DNA from: Planctomycetota bacterium
GTDB taxonomy: Bacteria > Planctomycetota > Phycisphaerae > SM23-33
DNA: 61,213 nucleotides
Direction of reading: 5' to 3'
NCBI GenBank assembly: GCA_016235825.1
Contig: JACRIL010000184.1
Span: forward strand, 1 to 61,213
The notes below the pieces were generated by a model. That model was not told the origin of the DNA and did no database searches. It saw only the letters and a list, made by a program, of their open reading frames with translations. The first letter of the stretch is position 1. Each line of letters begins with the position of its first letter. Below are positions 24,700 through 33,230 of the stretch, one piece after another. A program made the translations under genes and the position numbers.

Positions 24700-25482
24700 T
24701 CAGAACGGAATGATCTTGCCCGGACCCTGTTCCAGCATGATCGCCCAGTCAGCGCCGTTGAGCTGGTCAGGCTGTTTGCCCGGGAACAGTTCCGCCAGGA
24801 TGCGGAACCACTCCTTTTCGGTGGCTTCCTGGTTCCACTTGGGCGGCTGACAGTGCTTGATGAACTCCGTCCACGCCTGCTCCATGGTGGCCGGGGCCGG
24901 AGGCTCAGCCGTTGCGATCGGCGCCGCGGGTGCTGCCTGTTTGGCCGCGGGTTTTGGCGGCGCGGATTTTGGAGGCGTCGGTTTGCCCGCCGGCTTGGGC
25001 GTCTGGACCGACGTCCCGCCTGCTATGGCCCGAAACTTCGAGCCCAGGCGATTGGCGATATTGCGGCGCAGCTCGTCGTCGGCCTTTGGCACCCCGCCGT
25101 AATTGCTCCCGTAGGGATTGAGGTACTGGACCTTGATTGCCCGCTGCCCCTCGTACTCCTCGGCGATAAGCTTGACCTGCACCAGCTTCTCGGCCAGCAG
25201 TTCGGCGTTGTCCTGCAGCCAGAATGGATCCGACCCGTCCCACCCCAACGAAGCCTTCAGGGACTCGATGGCGTTCTCGTTGAGGCTGTGGTCCCGCTTC
25301 TCAAGGATATGGTAGCCCGTGATCTCCAGGCTCTCGCCCGAGCAGTCTACCCACTGCCCGTCCGCCAGTTCCTCGACCAGCCTGTACTGGATCACCGCCT
25401 GCAGCAGCTTGTTCTGGCGGCTCTGACCAATCCCGATCGCCACGGGATACGCGTTGAAACATCCTTCTCGATTCGCAAACAT
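24700..25482 (-). CDS. Putative ssDNA-binding protein (DUF669-like) of a Sak4-type recombination module
   Basis: 260 aa with an N-terminal OB-like region, a Pro/Ala/Lys-rich linker and an acidic/aromatic tail ending KIIPF. It lies immediately downstream of the Sak4-like ATPase. Context-based call. Confidence 0.4.
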   Translation of the reverse strand: MFANREGCFNAYPVAIGIGQSRQNKLLQAVIQYRLVEELADGQWVDCSGESLEITGYHILEKRDHSLNENAIESLKASLGWDGSDPFWLQDNAELLAEKLVQVKLIAEEYEGQRAIKVQYLNPYGSNYGGVPKADDELRRNIANRLGSKFRAIAGGTSVQTPKPAGKPTPPKSAPPKPAAKQAAPAAPIATAEPPAPATMEQAWTEFIKHCQPPKWNQEATEKEWFRILAELFPGKQPDQLNGADWAIMLEQGPGKIIPF

Positions 25483-25515
25483 TTTTAAAACCTTCCTTTC
25501 TTTCTGTTGGTTTTT

Positions 25516-26370
25516 TCAAACCGTTATGATCTTCTGCCATACAGATGCGTCGTTTCTTGCCACGGGCATGGCCGTGTCGCACGTGCGGCTCTTGGCCATG
25601 CAGTGGGGCATTTCCAGGGGATAAATCGTCCGGGTCTCGCAGCCGCGGGTCATCTTGCCGTCCTTGAACTCCCCGCCGTCGTAGCCGAAGTACAGCACGT
25701 GGTCGGACCATTCCCGGACCCGCAGCCGGATCGAATATTTACCGCTGCCGGGCGCCTGCAGACGGGGCTCGTATCTCAGCCAGTTCGGGCCGCCCGGATT
25801 GGGCACCTCGGTGGTGCAATCATGGGCGATCAGGATTACGTGCCTGCCCGCCCGAACGTGGGCATCCAGGTCGCCCAGCAGCGACAGGAACGTATCGTAG
25901 ATGTAGCTGAACTGCCTGCCCCAGCCGTAGTCCTCCAGGCGCTGAGGCCTTTTTCCATTATCCAGCGGGATGTTCTCCAGCACCCACTGGGCGGCCATCT
26001 CCTCGGCCCTGGTCACTGAATCGACCACGATCGTTCGGATCTCATCCCAGCCTTCCATATGCAGCGTCTGGCGGAGTTCATTCCAGGAGCCAACTACGAT
26101 GCGGTTGACCTGGTCGTTGTTGGACAACTGCGATCTCAGCACGGGCAGCGATTCGTCCAGATCGAAGATCGCCACCGGCCCAGGTGCATGGCAGGACATC
26201 GTCGTCTTGCCTATCCCGCCCGGCCCGTACAGCACGATCCTGTGTCCCTGCGGCTGAATCGGGCCGAACGCCACCTTCCTGCGGGCAGGGGGCGAACTGC
26301 CCTGCGATGCGGACCGGCCCTGTTTTACTGAAGGGCCGCACTGCGGAACATTTGATGTTGCTGTCGTCAT
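25516..26370 (-). CDS. Sak4-like (AAA_24, RecA-core) ATPase
   Basis: Walker A LYGPGGIGKTT, Walker B TIVVDSVT. Its size and its position between the Cas4-like nuclease and the SSB-like gene fit. Confidence 0.7.
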   Translation of the reverse strand: MTTATSNVPQCGPSVKQGRSASQGSSPPARRKVAFGPIQPQGHRIVLYGPGGIGKTTMSCHAPGPVAIFDLDESLPVLRSQLSNNDQVNRIVVGSWNELRQTLHMEGWDEIRTIVVDSVTRAEEMAAQWVLENIPLDNGKRPQRLEDYGWGRQFSYIYDTFLSLLGDLDAHVRAGRHVILIAHDCTTEVPNPGGPNWLRYEPRLQAPGSGKYSIRLRVREWSDHVLYFGYDGGEFKDGKMTRGCETRTIYPLEMPHCMAKSRTCDTAMPVARNDASVWQKIITV

Positions 26371-26410
26371 GGTACTGCTCCTTTCAGTTTAAAAGATTCC
26401 GGATGGTTTT

Positions 26411-26623
26411 TCAGTCTCGTGGGCCGTTGTCGCCGTGGTACCGGATATCCACAGCGGCGGCCCGATCCGGCCTTCCAGCCCGCGACTGGATCGGCGGGCC
26501 GATAAGACCGTGGATGATTTCGTCGTGGCATTCCTGGCAGGCGTGAAAGATCGGCCGCCTGCTGCGGCATGCCCTGCATCGGTATGGCTCATACTCCTCG
26601 CGGCAATGTCGGCAGACGCTCAT
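26411..26623 (-). CDS. Small multi-CxxC zinc-finger protein
   Basis: MSVCRHCREEYEPYRCRACRSRRPIFHACQECHDE. ATGA overlap with the upstream nuclease gene. Confidence 0.5.
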   Translation of the reverse strand: MSVCRHCREEYEPYRCRACRSRRPIFHACQECHDEIIHGLIGPPIQSRAGRPDRAAAVDIRYHGDNGPRD

Positions 26624-27579
26624 GACATCGCATCCTGTTTTGCCTGTTCGGAATTTGGTCTTTGCAGGATTTCAAAGCCCGACGGGGGCGGCTGGCCTTC
26701 GCGGATTCTTATCCCGCTGAGGCACAGGTCCGCGAACTCGCATCCCCCACAGGCCGTCTTCCCCACGTTGCGGTAAAACGCGATCGATGGATCGGCGAGT
26801 TTGCTGGATCTATGCAGGAGTTCCAGAAGGTGGCGGGATTGCTGCCACAGCTCGGCTCGATATTCCGCCAGATCGTCCTCCAGGCGCGGAACCTCCCGAC
26901 GCTGGAAGTAATAATCAGGACGCTCGCCAATATCTTCCAGCAGTCGTTGGCCGTACTGCTCGGGCGTCTCATTCTGCCTCAGCCGGATCGTCGGCTTGCG
27001 TGTCACGTCGTAAAGGACGGTCGACACGTCGTAGCCGATGGTCCTGGCCGCAAGGACGTACAGGCTTATCTGCGCGTCGTATCGTAGCCGCTGCCAGTAG
27101 TCGGAGCCAGGCGCTATGTCCTCGCCGGCCGTCTTGTACTCCAGCACCGCCAGCCTGCCATCGGATAATTTGACTATCGCGTCGATCCGCCCAATGAGCC
27201 TGAACCGACGGCTGGGATATTTTCCGAAGGGGTTGGCCAGCGGGATATCGAACTCCTCTTCCGCGGCCGCCAGCTCGACATCCTTCTCGTACCGCCAGAA
27301 GTGGCCGGCCAGGAGTGCGGCCAGGGTCTCGCGCTCGACCGCCCATTCCGTGGCGTCGGCCCACTCAGGCGTGGTTTGATAAGTCTCCGACGCGGCCTGG
27401 ATTGCCTCGTCCCGGCCCTTGCCATCGTTAAAGAGTTCAAGACCGTAATGGAACGCGTGGCCAAGCCGCAGCGGCTGGGCCTGCCTGGTTCGGGTCAGTC
27501 CCAGCACGTACCTGTAATAATACGATCGAAGGCATTTCCGCAACGCGGACAGTCTCGATGCCGACAGGCCGGTCTTCAT
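26620..27579 (-). CDS. Cas4/RecB-like PD-(D/E)xK exonuclease with Cys cluster
   Basis: GRIDAIV...LAVLEYKT (D...ExK), QISLY, N-terminal Cys plus C-terminal CGGCEFADLC. Confidence 0.75.
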   Translation of the reverse strand: MKTGLSASRLSALRKCLRSYYYRYVLGLTRTRQAQPLRLGHAFHYGLELFNDGKGRDEAIQAASETYQTTPEWADATEWAVERETLAALLAGHFWRYEKDVELAAAEEEFDIPLANPFGKYPSRRFRLIGRIDAIVKLSDGRLAVLEYKTAGEDIAPGSDYWQRLRYDAQISLYVLAARTIGYDVSTVLYDVTRKPTIRLRQNETPEQYGQRLLEDIGERPDYYFQRREVPRLEDDLAEYRAELWQQSRHLLELLHRSSKLADPSIAFYRNVGKTACGGCEFADLCLSGIRIREGQPPPSGFEILQRPNSEQAKQDAMS

Positions 27580-27914
27580 ATTCCGGCCTCCGTCAGCTCG
27601 CGTTCAACCTGGGCGAGCCGCTCCTGGCGACGCGACTGTGAGACGGTTTTTCGTCTTCCAGTCGACGGCTGTTCAATCTCGGGCTGGCTGAAATGCTCCG
27701 CATCAGCCTGGGCCAGCCTGCGGCCGAACTCCTCCAGCCATGCAAGCTTCGTGTAGATCACCCCACCGATGCGGACGTGCTCCAGGTTGACCCGCCCGCC
27801 ACTGCGGGACTTGACGCCCTTGCGGCACCATCGCCAGACACAGTTCGGCGATACGCTGCGGGGCAACGACCTGGCCGCCTCGGCCAACGTCAGATGTTCG
27901 GTTGTTTCAGGCAT
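27576..27914 (-). CDS. HTH DNA-binding protein (DUF1580/excisionase-like)
   Basis: LTLAEAARSL...SPNCVWRWCRKGVKSRSGGRVNLEHVRIGGVIYT. It is the first gene after the integrase-proximal repeat region. Confidence 0.5.
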   Translation of the reverse strand: MPETTEHLTLAEAARSLPRSVSPNCVWRWCRKGVKSRSGGRVNLEHVRIGGVIYTKLAWLEEFGRRLAQADAEHFSQPEIEQPSTGRRKTVSQSRRQERLAQVERELTEAGI

Positions 27915-27963
27915 AGTCTTGTCCTTTCGTTCGCGACAACTTCGACCATGCCTGCGTTATAGG

Positions 27964-28120
27964 GGTGGTAACTGCGAGGTAACTCGGTAGCCGCCGGTAA
28001 CCGGAGTTACCAACAGGTCTTTTCAGAAAAGCCCCGAAAAAATCGCGAAAAAAATATTTAAAAAAAATTGAGTTACCGAGTTTTGGTAACTCGGTAACTC
28101 AGTTACCACCCTGGTTACCA
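27964..28120. repeat. Array of nine GGTAAC/GTTACC sites around an A/T tract (candidate arm-type integrase/excisionase or operator sites)
   Basis: Hexamers start at 27967, 27978, 27996, 28006, 28072, 28085, 28093, 28102 and 28114. Seven of them fit (G/C)AGTTACC. Central tract: AAAAAATCGCGAAAAAAATATTTAAAAAAAATT. Confidence 0.6.
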
Positions 28121-28126
28121 GTCCGC

Positions 28127-29497
28127 CTAGCCAACCTGCTTCATGACGTCGATGAGTTTTTGGAGGTCCCGCTCGGCGTACACCGCATCAGTTATCTGGG
28201 CGCTGGAATGCCCCAGCACCAGTTGGGCCGCCTCCAGCCCGAACTGCTTTCGCAGCTCAGTCCCCGCAACATGGCGCAGCTGGTGCGGATGCCAGCGGTG
28301 AGTTTTGTGCCATGACTTCAGGTCGGCACGATCATTGGGGCTGAGGCGATTGCGGAATACGACCTTGCTCTCGCGCCTGCCGCCTGGCAACAATCGAGGC
28401 CTCAGATGCTCAGGCGGCGGAAACGCCTGCTGGCAGGCGTACTGGATCGCCCTGTGATAGGTATTAGACGTGTAATATTCTCCCGGTTTTCTCTCTGGAT
28501 TGTCCGCTCGGTTTGTGCCGGGACCATTACCGCATGATGCCGGGGTCTTCCTGCTCTCGTGGAGCCTGGCGCGCCTTTCCGCATCCGCCTCCCTGGGGCT
28601 GAACAGATACGCATCCACGGCCCGGCCCTCCAGGAAACGCTTTATGACATCCTGGGCCCGCGGCCCGAAGATTATCACACGCTCCTTCTGACGGTACGCC
28701 GTCTTGTGCTCCAGGGGTTTGTACGTCCAGACCCCGGTCTTGCGATCCATGGCAATATCGATCGGTCTCATCTTCAGGAGTTCCCCGCCCCTTGCGCCCG
28801 TCAGGATCTGCAGATCGATAAGAGCGTCAATCTGCCGACACAGGTAGGGTCGAACCGCATCAACCATCTCCAATGAGACAGGTTTCACGGGCCGGCCCTC
28901 GCGAGCCTGGCATCTGCCGTACTTGAGGGACTCGACCGTGGCAAGACGCTGGTGAACCTCCACCGGGATCATCTCCTGGGCCGACGCCCACTTGAATACC
29001 CGGCGGATCCGCTTGACCTGCTGGTTGCAATAAACCCTTGACCAGGATTGACGGGGCGGGGTTTCCTTCAAATCGCCCTTGATCATCTGTTCGCGGAGAA
29101 AACAGAGCTTCTTCGGACCGAACTCCGTCACGTGGAGCGATCCGAAGAATTTTTTGAGGAGGCGCAGGACAACCTTGATGCAGTCCCTCTCGTGGGGCCT
29201 GTAATACGACTCGGCAAATCGCCAGTAAGCCAGGATCACTTCCCCGACATTAGTTGACGAAACGCCGCAACCCAGCTGTTGTTCCGAGAGATCGAGCAGG
29301 CATTTGCCGTTTGCCTGCCATTCGGCAAGGATCCGGTGATATCGCTCCCAGCTTTCGGGACTGTCGTATTCCCCAAGCCAGTAGTCCCGGCGAATCCTGG
29401 TCCGGGCGTCAGTCAGGGTTACAACGGCCTGATGCGACCCCTTGCGTCTTCGGTACGAAGGCATCTTTTTAGGCATGAGCGGTGCTCCTTTCGGCAT
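28127..29497 (-). CDS. int: Tyrosine recombinase / phage integrase
   Basis: C-terminal HQLRHVAGTELRKQ...LVLGHSSAQITDAVYAERD (R-H-R-Y family) and an upstream LTGARGGELLKMR box. ATGs at 29497, 29476 and 29464 are all possible starts. Confidence 0.85.
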   Translation of the reverse strand: MPKGAPLMPKKMPSYRRRKGSHQAVVTLTDARTRIRRDYWLGEYDSPESWERYHRILAEWQANGKCLLDLSEQQLGCGVSSTNVGEVILAYWRFAESYYRPHERDCIKVVLRLLKKFFGSLHVTEFGPKKLCFLREQMIKGDLKETPPRQSWSRVYCNQQVKRIRRVFKWASAQEMIPVEVHQRLATVESLKYGRCQAREGRPVKPVSLEMVDAVRPYLCRQIDALIDLQILTGARGGELLKMRPIDIAMDRKTGVWTYKPLEHKTAYRQKERVIIFGPRAQDVIKRFLEGRAVDAYLFSPREADAERRARLHESRKTPASCGNGPGTNRADNPERKPGEYYTSNTYHRAIQYACQQAFPPPEHLRPRLLPGGRRESKVVFRNRLSPNDRADLKSWHKTHRWHPHQLRHVAGTELRKQFGLEAAQLVLGHSSAQITDAVYAERDLQKLIDVMKQVG

Positions 29498-29596
29498 TTT
29501 GCGCGGTGTCAAACCGCGCAAATTTGTGCTTCAGGCCGCACCACCCAACACAGGTGGGTGTTCCGAGTCCTCGGAACCAGCTTGAGTTACATCAAA

Positions 29597-29669
29597 AGCG
29601 GGCGAAGGGAGTCGAACCCTCAACGTCCAGCTTGGAAGGCTGGAGCTCTAGCCATTGAGCTACGCCCGC
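29597..29669 (-). tRNA. tRNA-Gly (anticodon UCC)
   Basis: Hand-folded cloverleaf: GCGGGCG-TA-GCTC-AATGGCTA-GAGC-T-CCAGC-CTTCCAA-GCTGG-ACGTT-GAGGG-TTCGACT-CCCTT-CGCCCGC-T. CCA is not encoded. Confidence 0.9.
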
Positions 29670-29762
29670 GTCGGTCGCGATACGTCGGACACGCCACATA
29701 TGTTAATTATCTGTTTTGGGCGAAGAAAATCAAGAAAAGGCCGGGCGTTTGTTGTAATGGGT

Positions 29763-29880
29763 CAGTTACAGGGGGATTGTGGTGCGGGCATCCTGCCTGC
29801 AACTCCATGAATAAAAAATGCAGGCGAGACGCCCGCACCACAAGATGGCGAAACATTGTTTGGTTTTCCCCTGTAACTGC
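29763..29880. repeat. Nested palindromic REP/MITE-like element
   Basis: Outer 12-bp arms CAGTTACAGGGG / CCCCTGTAACTG (29763-29774 / 29868-29879). Inner arms GTGGTGCGGGCATCCTGCCTGCA ... TGCAGGCGAGACGCCCGCACCAC. Confidence 0.6.
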
Positions 29881-29953
29881 CCCATTACCGTTTGTTGCGG
29901 TCTTCGGTCAAGGAAAGCCGGCGGGCAGGATGGGGCATCGAGTCGGGTCCGAT

Positions 29954-30244
29954 TTATCTGTTCGTTTCTTCGACGAATTCGTTGATCATCCTTGTTACGG
30001 CCAAGTCCAGCTTGCGGGGGGTGTCGTAATTTCCGGCCTGTATCTGCAAACGGGTTCTGTCCACCAGATCGGCCCTGATGTCCGGGATTTCGGCGATTTG
30101 TCCGGCAAGCCTGCCGGCCATATTCCGGTCGATCACGTCGGGCATCGGCGGCTGTCCGGCCGGACGGTCGTGCGGCTCGCCGCGCCTTTCAGCCCCGGTC
30201 TGATCCGGGCGAATCGGAAAACGGACGCCTGAATTTTCCTTCAT
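29954..30244 (-). CDS. flgM: Anti-sigma-28 factor FlgM
   Basis: 96 aa from the ATG at 30244. The C-terminus IRADLVDRTRLQIQAGNYDTPRKLDLAVTRMINEF is typical of FlgM. Confidence 0.6.
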   Translation of the reverse strand: MKENSGVRFPIRPDQTGAERRGEPHDRPAGQPPMPDVIDRNMAGRLAGQIAEIPDIRADLVDRTRLQIQAGNYDTPRKLDLAVTRMINEFVEETNR

Positions 30245-30429
30245 CAATAACCTCACGCAGATAATCGGGCATCGTCCGGTTTCCACCTGGGCGCCTCTCT
30301 GGCGGTTTTCAGCGTCCGTGACATGCGTTCCGCGATGCCCGTATCGACGCCCAGACCTGGATTCAGTTTCACGCCGGAAGTCCGGCCGGCTCCTCCATGA
30401 TCGGCCCGCATCCATCCGTGCTTAGAAGT

Positions 30430-30458
30430 TTATCGGCATAGCAACAACGCAACATTAG
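30430..30458 (-). promoter_or_regulatory. Possible sigma-28 (FliA) promoter upstream of flgM
   Basis: Minus strand has GCCGATAA (30437-30430), an exact -10 consensus, preceded 16 nt upstream by TAAT (consensus TAAA). About 185 nt upstream of the flgM ATG. Confidence 0.35.
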
Positions 30459-30776
30459 CGGATAGAGGCTTTTTCACGAATCTAACTTATTTTTCCAAAA
30501 TATGTTATGGTTTTATCGGACCTTCGCCCAAAAGGTTCGCCAAGGGTCGCATTCCGTTCGGATACAAGGCGCAAACCGCCGCCGAAACGATTGACCCAAG
30601 GCGGAAATAATTGCCGGATTACGGGAATGCGGGGTAATGCTTTCCAGATCATCGTCGACAATAAGATTAACGCGCGATAGCGCGCCAATGTCAGGAAAGC
30701 CGGATTACAAGCGCCTGTGCCGTCAGCGGCCGGACGCTTGTCGTTTAACATCGCATATGAGGTGCTCCGAGCGCAT

Positions 30777-31748
30777 ATGTCGCAGGGTTCGCCAATGTAC
30801 ATGCTGGCTCGCGAGGTCAAAGACCTTAATCCGCCCGCGGATTGGGAGGTCTTCAACCTGAAATTGGACATCCTGGGCGGCCCTCTGCACGCCCAGCTCG
30901 CCGTGGCCGATCATGCAATGCGGCTTGGCGACGTCATTCCTCTGGCCCGCCGGATATGCGACGAGATGGTGGACGCGGTAAAACGCCACCTGAAGGTTCA
31001 TGACAAACGCCTGACGTGCAAGATCGGGTGCAGTTACTGCTGCCGGCATCTCCTGCCGATATCCGTGCCCGAGGCGATGAGGCTCCTGACGGAAATCAGC
31101 CTGCTTCCTCCGGACAGGCAGTCGATGGTGATGAAGTCTTTCGGGGAATCGGCGATGAAGATAATGGAATCCCGGCCTGACGAGATCGGGCGGGAGATAC
31201 TTGCCATGAGCCGGTCGGACAACGACGCGGCGGCGAAGGCTCTTTGCCGATGGTATCATTCACTGCATCTGGATTGCCCGTTCCTTTACGACGGGGCATG
31301 CGCCATCTATTCCGCCCGCCCGCTGACCTGCCGGGAGTTCATGTCGGTCAATCCTGCCGAAAACTGCCGCGATCCCAATCCGGATCGTGGCGGATGCGTC
31401 GCCGTGCCGTTCAGCATGGCCGACGTCATGATGACTCTCACGGCCGAATTGACCGGCCGCAGGGCCGACACCGTCCTGATGGCCCTTTGGCAGAACTGGC
31501 ACCACGAAAACAGGGACGCGTACGACCTCAGTTGGCCCGGCCCGATGATCTGCGCGAAATTTTTCGATATCCTCGCGGTCCACTCGCGGCAGGCCGGCCC
31601 GTGCTTCGCCTGCCCCCTGGACCTGTCCGGAAAGACCTATCGGGGCCAGCCCGATTGCATGCCGGAAAAGGGCCGGCAGCCGTCGGTCCAGGGCATTATT
31701 CCGGTCGTAGCCGTCGCCGCAACCGCCCCGGCGCAGACGCCGGCATGA
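30777..31748 (+). CDS. YkgJ-family (CxxCxxCC) zinc/iron cysteine-cluster protein with C-terminal extension
   Basis: CKIGCSYCCRH and CPFLYDGACAIYSARPLTCREF. Start uncertain: GTG 30717, or ATG 30777, 30795 or 30801. Confidence 0.6.
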   Translation: MSQGSPMYMLAREVKDLNPPADWEVFNLKLDILGGPLHAQLAVADHAMRLGDVIPLARRICDEMVDAVKRHLKVHDKRLTCKIGCSYCCRHLLPISVPEAMRLLTEISLLPPDRQSMVMKSFGESAMKIMESRPDEIGREILAMSRSDNDAAAKALCRWYHSLHLDCPFLYDGACAIYSARPLTCREFMSVNPAENCRDPNPDRGGCVAVPFSMADVMMTLTAELTGRRADTVLMALWQNWHHENRDAYDLSWPGPMICAKFFDILAVHSRQAGPCFACPLDLSGKTYRGQPDCMPEKGRQPSVQGIIPVVAVAATAPAQTPA

Positions 31749-31778
31749 ATCATTCCCTCTGTTGCAGCAGCGGCGCTG

Positions 31779-33230
31779 TTATCGTGAAGAATGAATTATA
31801 ATCGTGCCGGCCTGGCCGTGGATGTCGCGGGCGGCGATAGTTATTTTAGCCAGGCGAGAGTTGCCGTCGAACGACCAATTTTTAATCTGAATGCCGGCGG
31901 TGTCGGCGGAGATGTTTGAGGGCGCGAACGGAAGGCGGATGGAAACCGTCTGCGTACCGTACATCCGCACATGGACCTGCACCTGCGAGGATTCCTGGCG
32001 GAGGTCGAGTGTGTCGAAGGTGCCGCTGCGCATCACGACCAGCGGCAGAGGCGGCGAGCCGAACTGGATGTTGAAGGTCGCGGGGCATGATTGGTCGAAC
32101 TTCAGGCGGAGAAAGCCGAAGCCTCCGTGTTCCCAATATGCGATCGTCCGGCAATCGTCGGATTGAACTGCGGCCACATGGGCGCCGGCCGGCAGGCGTA
32201 TCTTCAGGATCGGCGATTCGGCAAAAGGCAAGGCCCTGGCCGGCAGGCGAGTCGCGTCCAGAATCCACCTGCCGTTCTCCCGCCGGATGGACGCAAAATT
32301 GCGATAGACCCACTGCGACCACGCCTCGGCCGTATTCGCAGCCAGCATCAGATCATCCTGCGAGGCGACTCTGGAAAGATATTCCGTCCACATCGCAACG
32401 GATTCGTTGTTGCGGGCCGGGTCGGGCATAAGCAGGTTTGGCCAGTGCAGGCCGCAGATGGATGTCGCCGGCATCGATTCAGGCACGGACGCAAAAGCCT
32501 GCCATGCCACGGTATTGTCGCGGTCCAGCACGAGCAGGCCGTGGTCGAATCCGCCGTCGGGCTTTTCCGGCGGCCCGCCCGCGAACGTGCAGAACCCTTT
32601 GAAAACCAGCGAGGCGTATCGCACGCCGGCGGTTTCCATCAGTGCACCGGTGGATTGCGGGTCGGCGTCGTCCCAGTAGTAGGCGTAAGCGCAGGGGACG
32701 AATGCCGGTGGAAACGACATGCCGGAGGCCGGATCAAGCCCGTATTGTGCGAGGATTTTGCGGTAGCATTCGATATGAGCATCGAGGACTTCCCGCGGCC
32801 AGCGCCTGCCGCCGCGCCCGTGCCACTCGGCCCGTGAAACCACGCCGTTGTCCCAGTGCTCGTGTCCGACGCCGTGAAGGGCGAATTCGATGTTCGCGGC
32901 CCGGTTTATGAAGACGTCCCTTGCGCGAAAGGCCCAGTCGCCGACGCGGGCGGAGTTGTCCCACTTTGCCCCGGCCGGCGTGGTCGTGGGGTACTGTGCG
33001 CAGACATTTTGCCGGTCCCACTCGCACAGGATCATCGCGCACTGCGGCCGGATATTCAGGCGCTCGCCAAGTTCGACAACTGCCAGATAATCGGCTTCGT
33101 CGAAGATGCGGTCGACGCCGGCCCGGTACGGCCCGCCCGTGTCCGAGAGGTTCCCGCCCTCGCGCCAGCCGACGTCGTCGAGCACGACATGCACCGGTCG
33201 CGGAATTGTGATGTCCGCTGATTCGCTCAT
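31779..33230 (-). CDS. Hypothetical protein, possibly DUF2334/CE4-like metal-dependent deacetylase fold
   Basis: 483 aa from the ATG at 33230, sharing one nt with the upstream stop (TAATG). HVVLDDVGW and FALHGVGHEHW suggest a deacetylase-like metal site. Weak call. Confidence 0.35.
   Translation of the reverse strand: MSESADITIPRPVHVVLDDVGWREGGNLSDTGGPYRAGVDRIFDEADYLAVVELGERLNIRPQCAMILCEWDRQNVCAQYPTTTPAGAKWDNSARVGDWAFRARDVFINRAANIEFALHGVGHEHWDNGVVSRAEWHGRGGRRWPREVLDAHIECYRKILAQYGLDPASGMSFPPAFVPCAYAYYWDDADPQSTGALMETAGVRYASLVFKGFCTFAGGPPEKPDGGFDHGLLVLDRDNTVAWQAFASVPESMPATSICGLHWPNLLMPDPARNNESVAMWTEYLSRVASQDDLMLAANTAEAWSQWVYRNFASIRRENGRWILDATRLPARALPFAESPILKIRLPAGAHVAAVQSDDCRTIAYWEHGGFGFLRLKFDQSCPATFNIQFGSPPLPLVVMRSGTFDTLDLRQESSQVQVHVRMYGTQTVSIRLPFAPSNISADTAGIQIKNWSFDGNSRLAKITIAARDIHGQAGTIIIHSSR

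Larger units (their letters stand above)
1..29669 (-). mobile_element. Integrated tailed prophage (right-hand part; left end lies beyond position 1)
   Basis: Uninterrupted minus-strand gene series from tyrosine integrase next to tRNA-Gly through recombination, replication, terminase, portal, protease-capsid, head-tail joining and tail tube genes. The tail module runs off the window. Confidence 0.85.

Noticed and set aside
1-29590. A second att site (repeat of the tRNA-Gly 3-prime half) inside the window
   Set aside because: By eye, only the 11-nt T-loop match at 19324-19334 was found, which is too short for an att core. The true second site is expected beyond the left edge.
29279-30232. 317-aa plus-strand ORF spanning the integrase 5-prime end, the tRNA and the REP element (and minus ORF 30482..30871)
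   Set aside because: The plus-strand ORF crosses a tRNA gene and palindromic repeats and has no protein-like features. The minus ORF lies in the flgM promoter region with poor composition.
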